From: Octopus sinensis
Lineage: Eukaryota
Length of the DNA: 64,000 nt
Assembly: GCF_006345805.1 (NCBI RefSeq)
Contig: NC_043008.1
Location: 25,544,001-25,608,000 of the forward strand
Direction: 5' to 3'
Of the stretch, positions 23,301 through 36,211 are shown piece by piece (position 1 is the stretch's first letter; each line of letters begins with the position of its first letter). The notes under the pieces are model-generated. The model searched no databases, was not told where the DNA came from, and saw only the letters and a list, made by a program, of their open reading frames with translations. Both the position numbers and the translations under genes were made by a program.

Positions 23301-23705
23301 ATGTCGACCCGATTGGTAGGTGACTAGGTGGCTGGTAGGTTTCCTGAAGTTAGCGTTGCAAACCATGAGATCATTTGCGTCACAGAACTCCAGGAGCCTG
23401 GTTCCCTCCTCGTTGCGGGAACCATAGCCATAGCCTCCATGTACACCATAGAAGCCCCCAGCATGTTTTCCAACATGCCCATTGAAATCACCAGCCACAA
23501 AGAGAAGGTCTCTGTCGTTCGTCAACGAGGTAGTCTGCAGTAAGGTGTCATAGAATTGGTCTTTCTGTCCATCAGGTAGCCCTGGCTGAGGGGCATAGGC
23601 CGATATAATGGTTGCTAATCCATGATGAAGCACTATTCTAATCTTAGGTATTCTGTCACTTACTCTGATTACCTCAAGTACCTTATCTACCAATTTTTCA
23701 GCGAG
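20339..23705 (-). mobile_element. RTE-clade LINE, near-complete (5'-truncated in APE), frameshifted
   Basis: APE (SAYAPQ, GDFNGHVG, SQIDYIL, QHRLVV) at 23118-23693; RT (QFGFMPGKSTTDAIF, GVHQGSVL, YADD) at 21671-23191; PHD-type finger and C-terminus to about 20890; 3' UTR with (GAT)n tail at 20339. Confidence 0.97.
21671..23191 (-). pseudogene. RTE reverse transcriptase, 506-aa open segment ending at a premature TAG (W codon in the other copy)
   Basis: Full RT motif set. The stop corresponds to TGG in the copy at 3223. Confidence 0.92.
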
Positions 23706-24101
23706 AAAATATGTATATATAAATGTATGAATATGAGTGGGAGTATTTATGTCAGTTCCTGTCTCTTTACCACGATGTTATACGATACATGTAAACAGAT
23801 ATCACTTTTATTTCTATTCTTCCCTGAAAACACATCTGGTTATGGAGAATGTTAACTTACTTGAAACTGTTAAAGTTTGGTGACAGGAAGAGTATCTGTC
23901 TGTAGGAAATCAGCTTCAACGAATTCTGTCCAAACCCATGCAAGCATGAAACAGTAACATGAAATGATGAGTATGATGATGATGAAATATATATATATAT
24001 ATATATATAAGACTTTCTCTATTACTGAGTGTTATACTAATACATCTGTTTGTTTTGTACACCTCCTGTCTTTGTCTTTTGTTTTTTTCGTAAACTCTCC
24101 C

Positions 24102-24162
<61 letters not shown>

Positions 24163-24185
24163 ATGTATGTGTATATGTATGTATG

Positions 24186-24232
<47 letters not shown>

Positions 24233-24726
24233 GTATGTATATATATATATATGTATGCATGTGTATGTGTGTATGTATGTGTGTGTGTATTCACACACAC
24301 ACACACACACACTAGTACACATACATAGATGTACATACAGATATGTAGCATAGAAAATATATAGGTGAAATGAAGAGATAGTTGGCAAAGTAAATTCACA
24401 TTATTTTCATTTCTAAGTTTAAATTGTTCCACTTATTTTGTTAATATGCTTAGGGGAAAATGAATACCACAAATTAACTATTTCTCACAGCTATAGGTTT
24501 TCATGTACCTGGTGTTTATTTGTTAGTCATTGGACAATATTTTAAATAGAAATCATTGATGCTGGAAATAAGTGGAAAGAAATAAAAAGATAGAAAAAGT
24601 TTTAATGCTAAAAATCATGGATAGAAGTATAAACATATTCATATTGAATGGAAGCGGCTGGAAAATCTGAAAATATTATGTGAAAAGGAAAAGAACTAAA
24701 AAAGAAGGGAAAAACCTGAAAAGATT

Positions 24727-24765
24727 CCATCACCACTATCACCATTGTCACCATCACAGTCGTCG

Positions 24766-24796
<31 letters not shown>

Positions 24797-24812
24797 ATAA
24801 TGATGATAATGG

Positions 24813-24858
<46 letters not shown>

Positions 24859-24921
24859 AATGATGATGATGATGATGATAATGATGATGATGATGATGAT
24901 AATAATAATAATAATAATAAA
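24727..24921. repeat. Compound (CAT)n/(GAT)n/(AAT)n microsatellite
   Basis: Direct reading. Confidence 0.95.
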
Positions 24922-24922
24922 T

Positions 24923-25476
24923 GCCCTGATGCAGTACCAGGCAGCGGCTCTCATGGCTTCTGATCTTAACTGATTGGAAGTGTTATCATGTACATTGTTT
25001 TGTCTTGGTATAAAAGATGGACTACAGCAAATATTCTGCTTAATACCACAGATTTGCTTGTCAGTTGTTTGACCGTAACCAGTTGAGCATGTCCTTAGTA
25101 GCTGACGATATGTGCATCTCTGATCACGTGTAGAAGTAGTGGGGGAGCATCATAGCCATGTGTTGAGAGGGATTCTTTGGGGTTTGAATGATTCACCTCT
25201 GGAAACATGGGTGTTTCATTCAACTTCCATAAACAACCCTTAATCAGGGACATTTTGAGTGGGATGGGTTACCCAACCAGAAGAAAATTCTAACTGGGCC
25301 CCACCCACAAAGTCATGCGCTGTTTATCTTGTTATGAGATCACCATGTAGAGCACATATGGTTGTGATGCATGTGCCTGGTGTACCCTTATCAGATGGGT
25401 AGTCATGATGGGTATACTGGGCTTCGTATATTTGTACCCCAGTGTCACTTTGATGGTATGCACTGCTCTCTCACTC
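24923..25476 (+). mobile_element. ~555-bp (AAT)n-associated non-autonomous retroelement, copy A (candidate 5S-derived SINE)
   Basis: Starts GCCCTGATGCAGTACC and ends GCACTGCTCTCTCACTC-(AAT)n. Six copies in the window; no conserved ORF. Confidence 0.85.
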
Positions 25477-25488
25477 AATAATAATGAT

Positions 25489-25936
25489 AAATATTCTGCT
25501 CAATACCACAGATTTGCTTGTCAGTTGTTTGATCTTAACCAGTTGAGCATGTTCCTTAGTGGCTGATAATATGTGCATCTCTGATCATGAGCAGAAGTAG
25601 TTGCGGGGCATCATAGTCATGTGTTGAGAGGGACTCTTTGGGGTTTGAATAATTCACCTCTGGAAACATGGGTGTTTTGTTCAATATCCTTAAACAACCT
25701 TTATTCAGTGACCTTTTGAGTAGGATGGGCTACTCAACCAGAAGAAAATTCTAACGGGGCCCCACCTGCAAGGTCATGTGCTGTTTGTCTTGATATGAGA
25801 TCACAATGTTGTGCACATATGTTTGTGATGCATGTGCCTAATGTACCCTTATCAGACAAGTAGTCATGATGGGTATACTGGGGTCTGTATATTTTCCCCC
25901 AGTGTCACTTTGATGGCATGCACTGCTCTCTCACTC
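25489..25936 (+). mobile_element. 555-bp element copy B (5'-truncated, tandem)
   Basis: Begins internally at AAATATTCTGCTCAATACC; same 3' end plus (AAT)n. Confidence 0.85.
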
Positions 25937-25952
25937 AATAATAATAATAATA

Positions 25953-26044
25953 AGAGCACCACAACAAACCACAGCACATACCTAAGGCACACAAAGCTGC
26001 ACTCAGTAGTGCAGTGAAAGTATGTGATAAAAATATGACTACTG
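25953..26044 (+). mobile_element. Dong/R4 3'-UTR stub
   Basis: Matches 50435-50526; flanked by (AAT)n. Confidence 0.85.
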
Positions 26045-26104
26045 AATAATAATAATAATAATGGTTTCAAATTTTGGGACAAGCAATTGGGGCATGTGGG
26101 TAAT

Positions 26105-28740
26105 CCAATCTGAACCTGTCAGCCAGCTGGAAACGACTGAGCAGGTTTGCGAGGGTTGCACACACGTTTTCTTTCCGCTAGCTCCACCAAATCCACACGT
26201 GCATCCTAGATGGCGTTGCTGTCACCCACTAACACTGAAGAACAAGACGTCCCTAGAAAGACCTCCAAACGTCTGGAGAAATCCAGCTGCTCCAATCCAG
26301 CCGAAGCATACAGAGTGACCAGTCTAAAAGCACTGCCTTCATTATCGTTCATGTCAAAGACCACCGACTTACCTTCCAGGTCCAGGAAGACCAACCGTAT
26401 CTCGAGATCCAGGCTTTTTCTGAACAACACTGCCACCCCACCCATCTTTCCCGGTTGACTAAAATCCTCAAAAATAGGTGCTAAGGTACGTGTGTCTGCG
26501 ATCCTGGTCTCACTGATGTCTATTATCTCCAAATTCAGTCATCTGAGGTCATTGAGCAAGCAACCTTGCTTCCAGGATGACCACAGGCCTCATACATTTA
26601 TGCAGCCTGCTCTTAGCACCGCCATATTTGCCTCAAAGGAAGGAAAGAAAGGAGTGTTACTTATCCTTCCTGTACCGTTGGAGATCAGGTGGTCCCACCT
26701 CCATTTCTTCGTTGGGTTCCTTTGAGAACCCTTGTAGAAGTCTTGCATTGGTATTTACTTGAGGGATCCCGACATTGTCTGGAAAGGCATCCCTAATTGT
26801 TTAGAAAGTGTCCCTTCATGATAAGAGGGTCATCAGCTTTTGTTGGCTCTCCTTACTAACACAAAGTTAGCTGCTTGCTTCATTGTTTTTTGCTGTTCTT
26901 GTTGCATTTGTGGTGTGTATTTCTTTTGGGGATTTTTTTTTTGCCTGCAGTGGGGGTTTTGGTGCTTGTGGTGCTTTAGTTGATGACTGTGGTGCTGCAG
27001 GAATTGTCTGAGTGTCTGCGTTTGTTGTGGGTGTGGGTGTAGTTTCCTTGTTATCTTGTTTTGGTCCAGGACAAGATGTCTTGCCTCTGTGATTTCTTTT
27101 AGTTTTTTTTTATTTACTCTGTTCCCCCTCATCATCAGTTTCCAATATCGTAGAACCAGTGTTTGTTGCAACCTCCTCCTCTCTGTGTGGAAGTGAATTC
27201 GTGTTTGTGTGTGTATCTTTTCTACGTGTTTGTTTGCAGGAGGGGAAGTTGTCGAGCTTGGTTGCAAGATGTTGGTTTCATGGTTGACCTCCTCGGCGGT
27301 TTTCTTGCTGGTGCTGTTGTTATGTCTGTCACCACCACCACCATTGTTACTTGTTTTTGCTGCTTTCCCTGTTGGTGGTGGTGATCTTTCTACAACTGGT
27401 GCTGTTTTTGTTTTCCCAGACTTGGTGTTGGTGTCAATGGAGGCCTACGCTGAGGGTAGCGTGCTTGAGGCTGACATAGTCTGGGATGTTCAACTCTTGT
27501 AATTTTATTTGAATTATCATTTCAAAATCCATCTCCTCCCAGTCTTCTCTTTGTGTTCATTGGACTTTTAGGAGGAGAGTGTTGCTGCCTTCCCCAATGA
27601 CACATCCCACGAGCCACTATATGATACCTGATGTTATTCGAACTTTCATTGTTCTTTTGCCCATGTAGGATGGGTACATTATAAGCTGGTCAGTTTTACG
27701 GGATCCCACCCAATGCTTCATAGCCAGCTCTTCTGTTTTAAAAAGGACTGAGATGGTACCAAAACTCCAGGCCCTTTGAATAAATTTGACCTTGTCTCTG
27801 ATTGATCTCAGTGTCATCTCCACATGAAGGTGGGAGGGTTGTTCTGCTCTCCAAGACTGCACCGAGATGTGTATATACTTTACTGTACTCTTCTCAATTT
27901 CTACTTCCACTTTAGTTGGGATTACAAGGTTCGCCCAGGTTTTTCTCTTTTTATGAGTTTGTGAGCCAGGGCCCACATCTCTTTTTGTTGGAGATGTCTA
28001 TCACTTAGTACTCTTGTTGGCATTTCGCAGCTGCTGCTGCAAAAGTGATTGTTCCACTCTCACTGTTGTTACTGCTATTGTTATTTCCAAATACACCTGC
28101 CTCTCTGCTGCTGGTATCAACGTTGGTATCGGTTGTGTTCTCATCGATGTTTTTGTTGTCGTTATTTGTTCTGTTATTGTTTTCTGTTTAGATTCTCTGC
28201 TCTGTGTTGTTGGAGTTGTTATTTTCTATCTTGTTATCAATTATCATAGTATTTTCCACATAATTTCTGTTTTGGGAGTTGGCAGTTACATTTTTGTTGT
28301 CTTTTCAACTACTGAGTGATCGCGTGGTTTCCATTGTGTCGCTTTTCTCAGTCAAAACATTTCTTTGTTCTTTGTGGTTAATTTTATTGCTGTCCATAGA
28401 GTCTTTGGTGGTTTGGGATTCATTATCAATTTTGTCCCCGAAATTGTTTCTTGAGTCAGCAAAAATTACATTTCCATGACTTTTCCTGCGATCACAAACT
28501 GGTTTGTTTTGTATTAAAAAGTTATGTCCCTCCACGCCATTTCTTGCTTGTGAACATGTAAACATTTTGCAAATACTTATATTTGGGTACAAGGCCCAAA
28601 TATTATTTAGTTCTTTTTTTCTGGGGACAAAGACTATTGTTTTATGCTCCTTTTTAAACAATAATATCAACGAAGACAGTAATTTTAATAACAAAAATAT
28701 TTGTCAAGTTTCCACTGACATTCTACCCTTCCAACTGGAA
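26105..28740 (-). mobile_element. L1/Tx1-clade LINE, 5' half (ORF1 + APE), decayed
   Basis: APE motifs ISET, GGVAVLF, EGKSVV, RLVTLYA, LVGDSNAI (26206-26532). Upstream ORF1-like segments (27617-27976; K/Q/T-rich linker 26833-27500). No RT retained. Confidence 0.75.
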
Positions 28741-28745
28741 GTATG

Positions 28746-28806
<61 letters not shown>

Positions 28807-28895
28807 TAATGATAATAATAATAACAATAATAATAATAATAACAATAATAATAATAATAATATTCAGACAAATACATATAATAATATAATAATAA

Positions 28896-29106
28896 TATTC
28901 AGACAAATACATAACAAAAACACCAGGACTTACAAACACATATAACATACAGAAAATTGCACTACTAGGCACTGCACACATCCTACGCAGAACACTTTCC
29001 ATACAATAACCATCAGAGCATCACAACAAATCACAGCACATACCCAAGGCACACAGAGCTGCGCTCGGTAGTGAAGTGAAAGCACGCTATAAAAATAAAA
29101 CTACTG
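28896..29106 (+). mobile_element. Dong/R4 3' fragment
   Basis: Near-identical to 50316-50526 (QKIALLGTAHILRRTL* + UTR); lies inside (AAT)n. Confidence 0.93.
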
Positions 29107-29149
29107 AATAATAATAATAATAATAATATTCTTAAAAAAAAAAAAAAAT

Positions 29150-29268
29150 GAACGAACTACTGAGTTTGGTTTAATGGCCTACCAATGTATACTATGAGTT
29201 TCTTTGCCCTAGGAGTCGGGAAGACACTCGGCAAGAAATGGAAGCAAATTTGAAAGAAGAAAAAAAAA

Positions 29269-29270
<2 letters not shown>
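29150..29270 (+). mobile_element. Probable 3' UTR stub of another Dong/R4 family
   Basis: CCCTAGGAGTCGGGAAGACACTCGGC.. followed by an A-rich end and (AAT)n; same context as the other Dong ends. Confidence 0.45.
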
Positions 29271-29309
<39 letters not shown>

Positions 29310-29310
29310 T

Positions 29311-29864
29311 GCCCTGATGCAGTACCAGTCAGTGGCTCTCATGGTTTTTTATCTTAAATGATTGGAAGTGTTATCATGTACATTGTTTTGTCTTGGTATA
29401 AAAGATGAGCTACAGCATATATTCTCCTCAATACCACAGATTTGCTTGTCAGTTGTTTGATCTTAACCAGTTGAGTATGTCCCTTAGTGGCTGACGACAG
29501 GTGCATCTCTGAACACAAGCAGAAGTAGTGGGTGAGCATCATAGCCGTTTGTTGAAAGGAATTCTTAGAGGTTTGAATAATTCACCTTTGGAAACAGGGG
29601 TGGTTTGTTCAACATCCTTAAACAATCCTTATTCAGGGACCTTCTTAGTGGGATGGGCTACTCGACCAGAAGTAAATTCTAACTGGGCCCCACCTGCAAA
29701 GTCATGCAGGTTTTATCTTGATATGCGATCACCATGTCGCGCACATATACTTGTGATGTGTGTGCCTGGTGTATCCTTATCAGACGGGTAGTCATGATGG
29801 GTATACAGGGCTTTGTATATTTTCCCCCAGTGTCACTTTGATGGCATGCACTGCTCTTTCACTC
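29311..29864 (+). mobile_element. 555-bp element copy C
   Basis: Same 5' and 3' ends; inside (AAT)n. Confidence 0.85.
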
Positions 29865-30047
29865 AATTATAATAATAATAATAATAAGAAGAAGAAGAAG
29901 AAGAATAAAGCTCCTTTCAACTATAAACACATAACCTGAAAATTTGGAGGAAGGTGCTAGTTGATTTCATCATCTCCAGTGCACAAATTGTAATTATTTT
30001 ACTGACCCTGAAAGAATGAGAGCAAAGTTGACCTTAGCAGAATCTGA

Positions 30048-31458
30048 TCAATATCTATAAAGCTAAAATGCGAAAAATTTGTTTGTCTCATTTTGGGATG
30101 GGAACGGTTTAAGGGCCTGTAGATGGGGTCGGATTAGTGCCAAAATTTACAGGGACATGTAAAAGCCCTAGACATTAGTGACGGTAATCTTAATATATTA
30201 TTGTCATCAACCCCTAGACATTAGTGATGGTAATATTATCGCCATTAACCCCTCGACATTAGTGATGTAATCTTAATATATTATCGTCATCAATCCCTAG
30301 ATATTAGTGACAGTAATCAATATCTATAAAGCTGAAATGTAAAAAAGTTGTTTGATTTATTGGCTATTTGTCTCATTTTGGGATGGGAACGGTAGATGGG
30401 GTTGGATTGGCATCACAATTTACACTGGGGGGTAAAATTGGGGTGGGCAATGGTGTGAGGAGGTCTGCAAGTCGCTCGGGGCTACTGTTTGGTTGCCATG
30501 GTGAGGAAAATTGGAAAAATTGAGTTTTATGGGATAGACAGGTTGCGCTGTTTGAATAACGGTGGCTTTTCGTGTTGCTTCCGGGGTTTAGAGGTGGTTA
30601 TCTTTAATCTAATCTATAAAATGAAGAAGGCAAACATTGATACAAATTGGATTTTTATGTAAAAAGGGGTCTAACTGGGGCTGGAAGGGGATTAAAATTT
30701 ACAGGAGTGGGTAACTTGAGGTGAGAAATTGATGGGGAGACATTCTGGGGCGCTACAGTGGTTGCTTTGCTGTGAAAACAGGGATTTTATTGATTTTTGG
30801 GGATACTTGGGGGTCTAGATTGGACATCTTTTGCTCGATTTTAATCAAATTTTCAACATGGTAAAGTGGAAGCGGATTTGTAATTTAAGTGTGGAAAATG
30901 GGTTCAAAATTTTGAAAATTAAGGCAAGATTTTTGAAGTTGAAAAAAATTTCTCATTTTTACGTATTTTTGCCTTTTATTTTTTGTTGTTTACAGTTTTC
31001 ATTTGTTCTGAAAGAAATTTACAGCTGCATGTAGCCTGTGTTTAGAGCTTTCATTTGCATAGTCAATTGACAAAAAATTCCCAAAATAATTACTAAATTT
31101 AACAAAGAAATCTTTTTTTCCCTTATATTTAATCTCTCAAATAGTGACACGTACAAAAGGCAAGTGTGCTTTCCATTGTCACTGCCTGATATTTATGAGT
31201 GATCTTTCAAAATATTTTCTTTCTCAACTTACTCAAGATCTTTTGTTTTTTATTAATGTGAGAGAGATAGATAAAGATAGAGAGTAAGAGAAAGCGAGGG
31301 AGAGTCCGAGAGAAAGGAAGAGTAAGAGAGTGGGAAAGTGAGAGAGAAAGTAGAGAGAAACAAAGAGGGACAAATGTGGTGATAAGAAACAGAAAGGAAG
31401 CAACAGAAAGGAACAACCACACCCTCACCCATGCGTAGAGTGGGCCACCTTAAACTAG
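30048..31458 (+). mobile_element. Non-autonomous Helitron
   Basis: 5' TC after host A; 3' hairpin CCCATGCGTAGAGTGGG then CTAG|T; no TSD. Removing it rejoins the split SINE D (…GCAGAATCTGA|TCTTAGAAC…). Confidence 0.85.
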
Positions 31459-31539
31459 TCTTAGAACATAAAGCTGGAAAAAGCTGTGAAGCATTTTGTC
31501 CAGTTCCTAATGATTTTGCCAGCTTACCACCTTAATAAT

Positions 31540-32245
31540 AAGGGAATTGACCACTTTGTTTCTGGTTGCTCTATACTAGTCACAAACGAATACATTATTT
31601 GAGAAAATAGACTTAGCCAATAAATGCACTGCCTCATCTGCTGAGGAAACCTGGTGGGAACACAAACCTGCCAAAATAGCAGAAAAGAAAAATATCCCCA
31701 TTCTTTGAAACTTTTGTATCCAAATTGATAGTGCCAATAGACTAGATATTATAGTAAAAAATCACATAGACAAAACATGTCTGCTCATAGATATGTCAAT
31801 CCCATCAGACAGCAATATCCCTGAAAAATTACTTGTTAAATTAAGTTAATACAAGAGTAAATATGTGGCATCCAGGAGCAGCAACTGTACCTTTAATCAT
31901 TGGAGCTGTGGGGACAGTATCAAAAGACACTCTTAAACACTATAGCCAAATATCAGGAAACCTCAAGGCATCAGATCTACAAAAAACTGCTCCCATGTGT
32001 ACTGCCCACATCTTAAGCAATATATTATCAACTTAAAAAACCCATTGATTCTCTTAAAACTCTATCAAAAATGAAATATTATAAATAAAACAGAATCTTA
32101 GTTCTCAGATTCTGACCTCTTTCAAATACACTGTATTATTGCTAATTATGAATAACACCCATGGTAAAATATTTAACTTGCAGTTACTTGAAGTCTCTGG
32201 ATGAAATTTGGAACAGCTACTATAAAACAAAGCAAGAATAATGAA
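31540..32245 (+). pseudogene. Decayed Dong/R4 RLE domain and 3' UTR (separate family)
   Basis: Remnants NRLDIIV..KTCLLIDMSIPSD, PLIIGAVG, QKTAPMCTAHIL; ends in an AAT/GAT tract. Confidence 0.75.
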
Positions 32246-32329
32246 AATATAATAACAGTAATAATAATGATGATGATGATGATGATGATGATGCTGACAG
32301 CGACGACAATAATGTTAATAATAATAAAC

Positions 32330-33440
32330 TTCCTGAAGCACAACATGTCAGTGTGGAATACAAATCTCCAATTATACCACTATCATAGAATACTGACCAT
32401 GAAAAATATTAATATCAACTGTGGCATTTTCCAAAGTAACTCACTTTCACCTATAATTCTTTGCATAGCCCTAATACCCCTAACAAGTGAACTTAGCAGA
32501 ACAGAGTATGGATATAAAATTGACCACATGAAAATAAGTAATCTATCTTATATGGATGACTTAAAACTCTATGGCAAAGATGATAATGAGCTTGAAGGAC
32601 TGCTACGTACTGTGAAAACATTCAATGATGACATGGGATGGAATTTTGCCTTGATAAAGGTGCCAAGGCCACTTTCATGAAAGGGAAATTGAAGACCTCA
32701 CATTTAGTGGTGTTGGATATTGACAGAGTCATAAAAGAACTCAAGCAGGAACAAACTTACAAATACCTTGGAAAAAATTAGGGCTTTGGCATTCAGCGTG
32801 CACGTATGAAAAAGATCAGGAAGGAGTGTTACAGGAGAGTTCGAGCAGTCTTAAAATCTGAGTTAAATGAGTATAACAAGGTGTTAGCTATAAATTCCTT
32901 AGCTGTTCTGGTTGTTATTTACAGTTTCAATGTGTTGAACTAGAGTATGAGTGAAATAAGGAAGATTGATAGGAAATCCGTAAGCTGCTGACTTGCAATA
33001 TGATGCACCACCCAAAGGCAGACGCAAATCGTTTTTGCCTACTCAGAGCTCAAGGCGGTCAAGGCTGATCCAATTTGAAATCTCTTACAAAACCACCACA
33101 ATTGGACTGGCAAAATATTTTGAATGCTAAAGCACATTGAAAACTATGAAAGACATAAGAAGCTTCATTCTGTTATGAAGGAGAGCAAAAGATTTTCAAG
33201 TGAGTTCATGAATAATACCTATGTTGAACAGCAAGATGGAAGTGCAGTAACTGTAGTTGCAGAGAAGGTGAAATCAATAGCAAAGCAAAATGTGTTTGAA
33301 CAATTGACTGATAGATAGGAACAAAAACCTCTGTATGGCAATTATATAGCAAACAAGCTGATGCAGACCAGAAGCACGCCCATAGGTAGCTATGGAGCTC
33401 AGGGCTAAAGGTAGAGAGTGAGGGCTTTATCTTGACTAGT
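32330..33440 (+). pseudogene. Decayed Dong/R4 RT fragment
   Basis: GIFQSNSLSP, YMDDLKLY, YKYLG, MHHPKAD, LWSSGLKVESEGFI; begins directly after an (AAT)-rich tract. Confidence 0.88.
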
Positions 33441-35513
33441 TTTCATGTTACTATTAAAAATTCTTAGCTGAAAGCATCTGGACAGAACTGTTACCATTTA
33501 GATAGGCTTTCAGTAGGATCCTTTAATGGTCTAATGTTCCTATATTATACAGCATCTTTCAGACTTTTATCTTTCCATGGCTCATTGACTGTATTTAGTT
33601 TGGAGGCCTCTAATAGATGGAAAAGGGAAAGATTTAAAGTTTCCTATGATGAATGTTTAGGAGGATAAGAGAAATACAAGACAGGAGAAAATTACATAGT
33701 AGTTAAATAAAAGAACAAAGATCAAAAGAAGTTACCATAAGGAGCTTGTAAAGAAGCAGAGAAAGAGCACAAAAAAGACAATGTTGTACATTATCTCAAG
33801 TACTTTGGCTGGCAAACATCCAACATCCAAGTAAATTGAAACTAATGTAAGAGACATTAAAGATAAAATCAAAATAGAGAAAAATGATAGGCTGGGCATT
33901 TCCCTGAATTGTTTAACAGGCTTCCTTCTGCATGCAAACCTCATAAGAAAAAGAAAATTAAAAAGAAATCTGGAAAAGATGTTGAGAAAATGAAAACAGT
34001 AAATCTTCATTTCAAAATTATTAAAAATATCTTCTTTTAATTTGTGGTAAAAATATTTTTTCATAAGAAATAAAATTTATATGCTTTAGCACTACGAGGC
34101 TATATTTAATTTCTAATGAGATAAACATGAAATTATTTATATAAAGTAATAAAAAAAATTTTACTCACAAAAGACAAATAAAATTTCAATGAAGAAAAAA
34201 AAAGATTTCTTTAACAAAAAGGAAAAATATAATACTCTCCTTTTCCTCTTATCTTGAAGTAAATTATATGGGAAAAGTATTGAAGTCTTTTAAGAATGAA
34301 AATTAGAGTTCACTGAGGACAAAATCCAGACTCTAGAAAGAATTTAAGAAATGAAGTAAATAAAAGAATAAACAGCAAGTAAGAATGATGTTTACTGAAG
34401 AAATAGACGTCTGGGAGGAAGAAGTAGTTTGGAAATCATTGTGAGAATTTCAATCATCATCATCATCATCATTATTAGTTTGTAGTTCTATGCTGTTACA
34501 TCTATGGAGTTTTTTATTTACTAATGTGTTTTGTGGTTATTGTTGATCTCACTCTTTTACTCAATGTAAGTTTCCCACTGCTTTTTTTTGTTGTTTCTTT
34601 GTTTTTTCCTTTGTATTTCAGCATTATACATTCTGCAATGTCTTGGACCCTTGCAGCCAAAAAAAAAAAAGAAATCATTAATATTAATAGTATTTGCTTT
34701 TCATTTCTAAAAAAATAAAAGGTTGTGTAAAGAAGCACCAATTCTCAGAACTCTAATTGTTTAAAGAAGCACTGATACTCAGAACCCTAATAGTCTCCAG
34801 GGCATAGGTTTTTTTTTACAATTATTAATATACATGATAATGGGCTGTGACAAACCCAAACCCACATAAGAAGATACAATTTATTTATTTATTTATTTAT
34901 TTTGAGAAATAATAACGAGAATTTGTGGGACTGGGGGACAATTTTATACCAACATTTTCTATGTAATTCAGTGTGTTTTCAATGATTTGCATATGGTTTG
35001 ATATATTTGAAGTTCCTTAATCTTAAATAGAAACAAATTTGTAAAAAATGGTTCATTACAGGATGAGACTGATTGTGGTGTTTGCCTTGGAGTAATGTGT
35101 AGAGTATATTATTCCAATCAAAATTTGTAGTTCTTAATCTAGAACTTTGTCAAGTTTCGAGCTCAGAGTATCACATTCGAGATGGAACTCAATCAAATAA
35201 TAGATAAAAGGATAAAAATTAATGAGTTGGGATATAAGATAGGGTGCAATTAAATATTAATAATTCCTCTGGCATAACAGTCATAATATCTGAGTCACAA
35301 ACAGTGGAACAAAGCCAAAGTATTCCAGAAAATTCATTGAACAACTACATATATTCTTCAGTAATTTTTCTAATACTCTTTCAGAGTTACTTCTTTGAAA
35401 TGACAAATTATTACCATACGTACAGAATAAAAGAAGTTTGTAAGTAACTTTTGATTTTTATCTTTTAGGATTAATTTAACATTGTCTGCTGCCAATAAAA
35501 GGCAGCCACATAT

Positions 35514-35557
<44 letters not shown>

Positions 35558-36066
35558 GTAAACCAGATTTTACAAACTCTCAAAAATCAATGGTAGTAGT
35601 GAGACACAAGGGTTTTGGCAATACAAGTGAAATATATCTCAACAAAAAATAAACGTTAAATAACAATAATTATCTTTTTTTGCATAGGAATAGTAATTTC
35701 ATACCAAGTTAGGATGTTGAATAAAGGTGAATTTACTGGCTAGAGGCTCTAATATGTGAATGCTTTCCTCCAGTTTAATCATTGCACATGTAGATTTATT
35801 GGCACTTAACATAGTATATTTCACTAAAATATCTTCATAACTCGGAACAAAAGTCTTTTTAACCCATGAAAGTTAATTAGAGTGTAATGATTATTTGAAG
35901 AAAATAAAAACAGAAATGTGTCATAGTAAATCCAAAAATCTCAAACCTAGTCTCCAATGAGGCAATAAAAATTTCAATAATCTGTTTAGTTCTTTCACAT
36001 TTTGACGGTCATGAACTTAAAATTAAAGTTGCTTTCTCAAATGTCAGTGATAAATAAATAAATAAA

Positions 36067-36127
<61 letters not shown>

Positions 36128-36211
36128 TATATATATACATATACATACATGCATACATACATACATACATACATACATACATACATACATAAATATATAT
36201 ATAGATATAGA

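Noticed and set aside
30165-30316. Regularly spaced repeats resembling a CRISPR array (also 20505-20725, 46321-46392)
   Set aside because: No unique spacers, eukaryotic context and no cas genes; these are tandem subrepeats of transposons.
33640-34440. A-rich, purine-skewed stretch suggesting an ancient LINE (similar at 24540-24720 and 45200-46130)
   Set aside because: No motif could be read confidently, so left unannotated.
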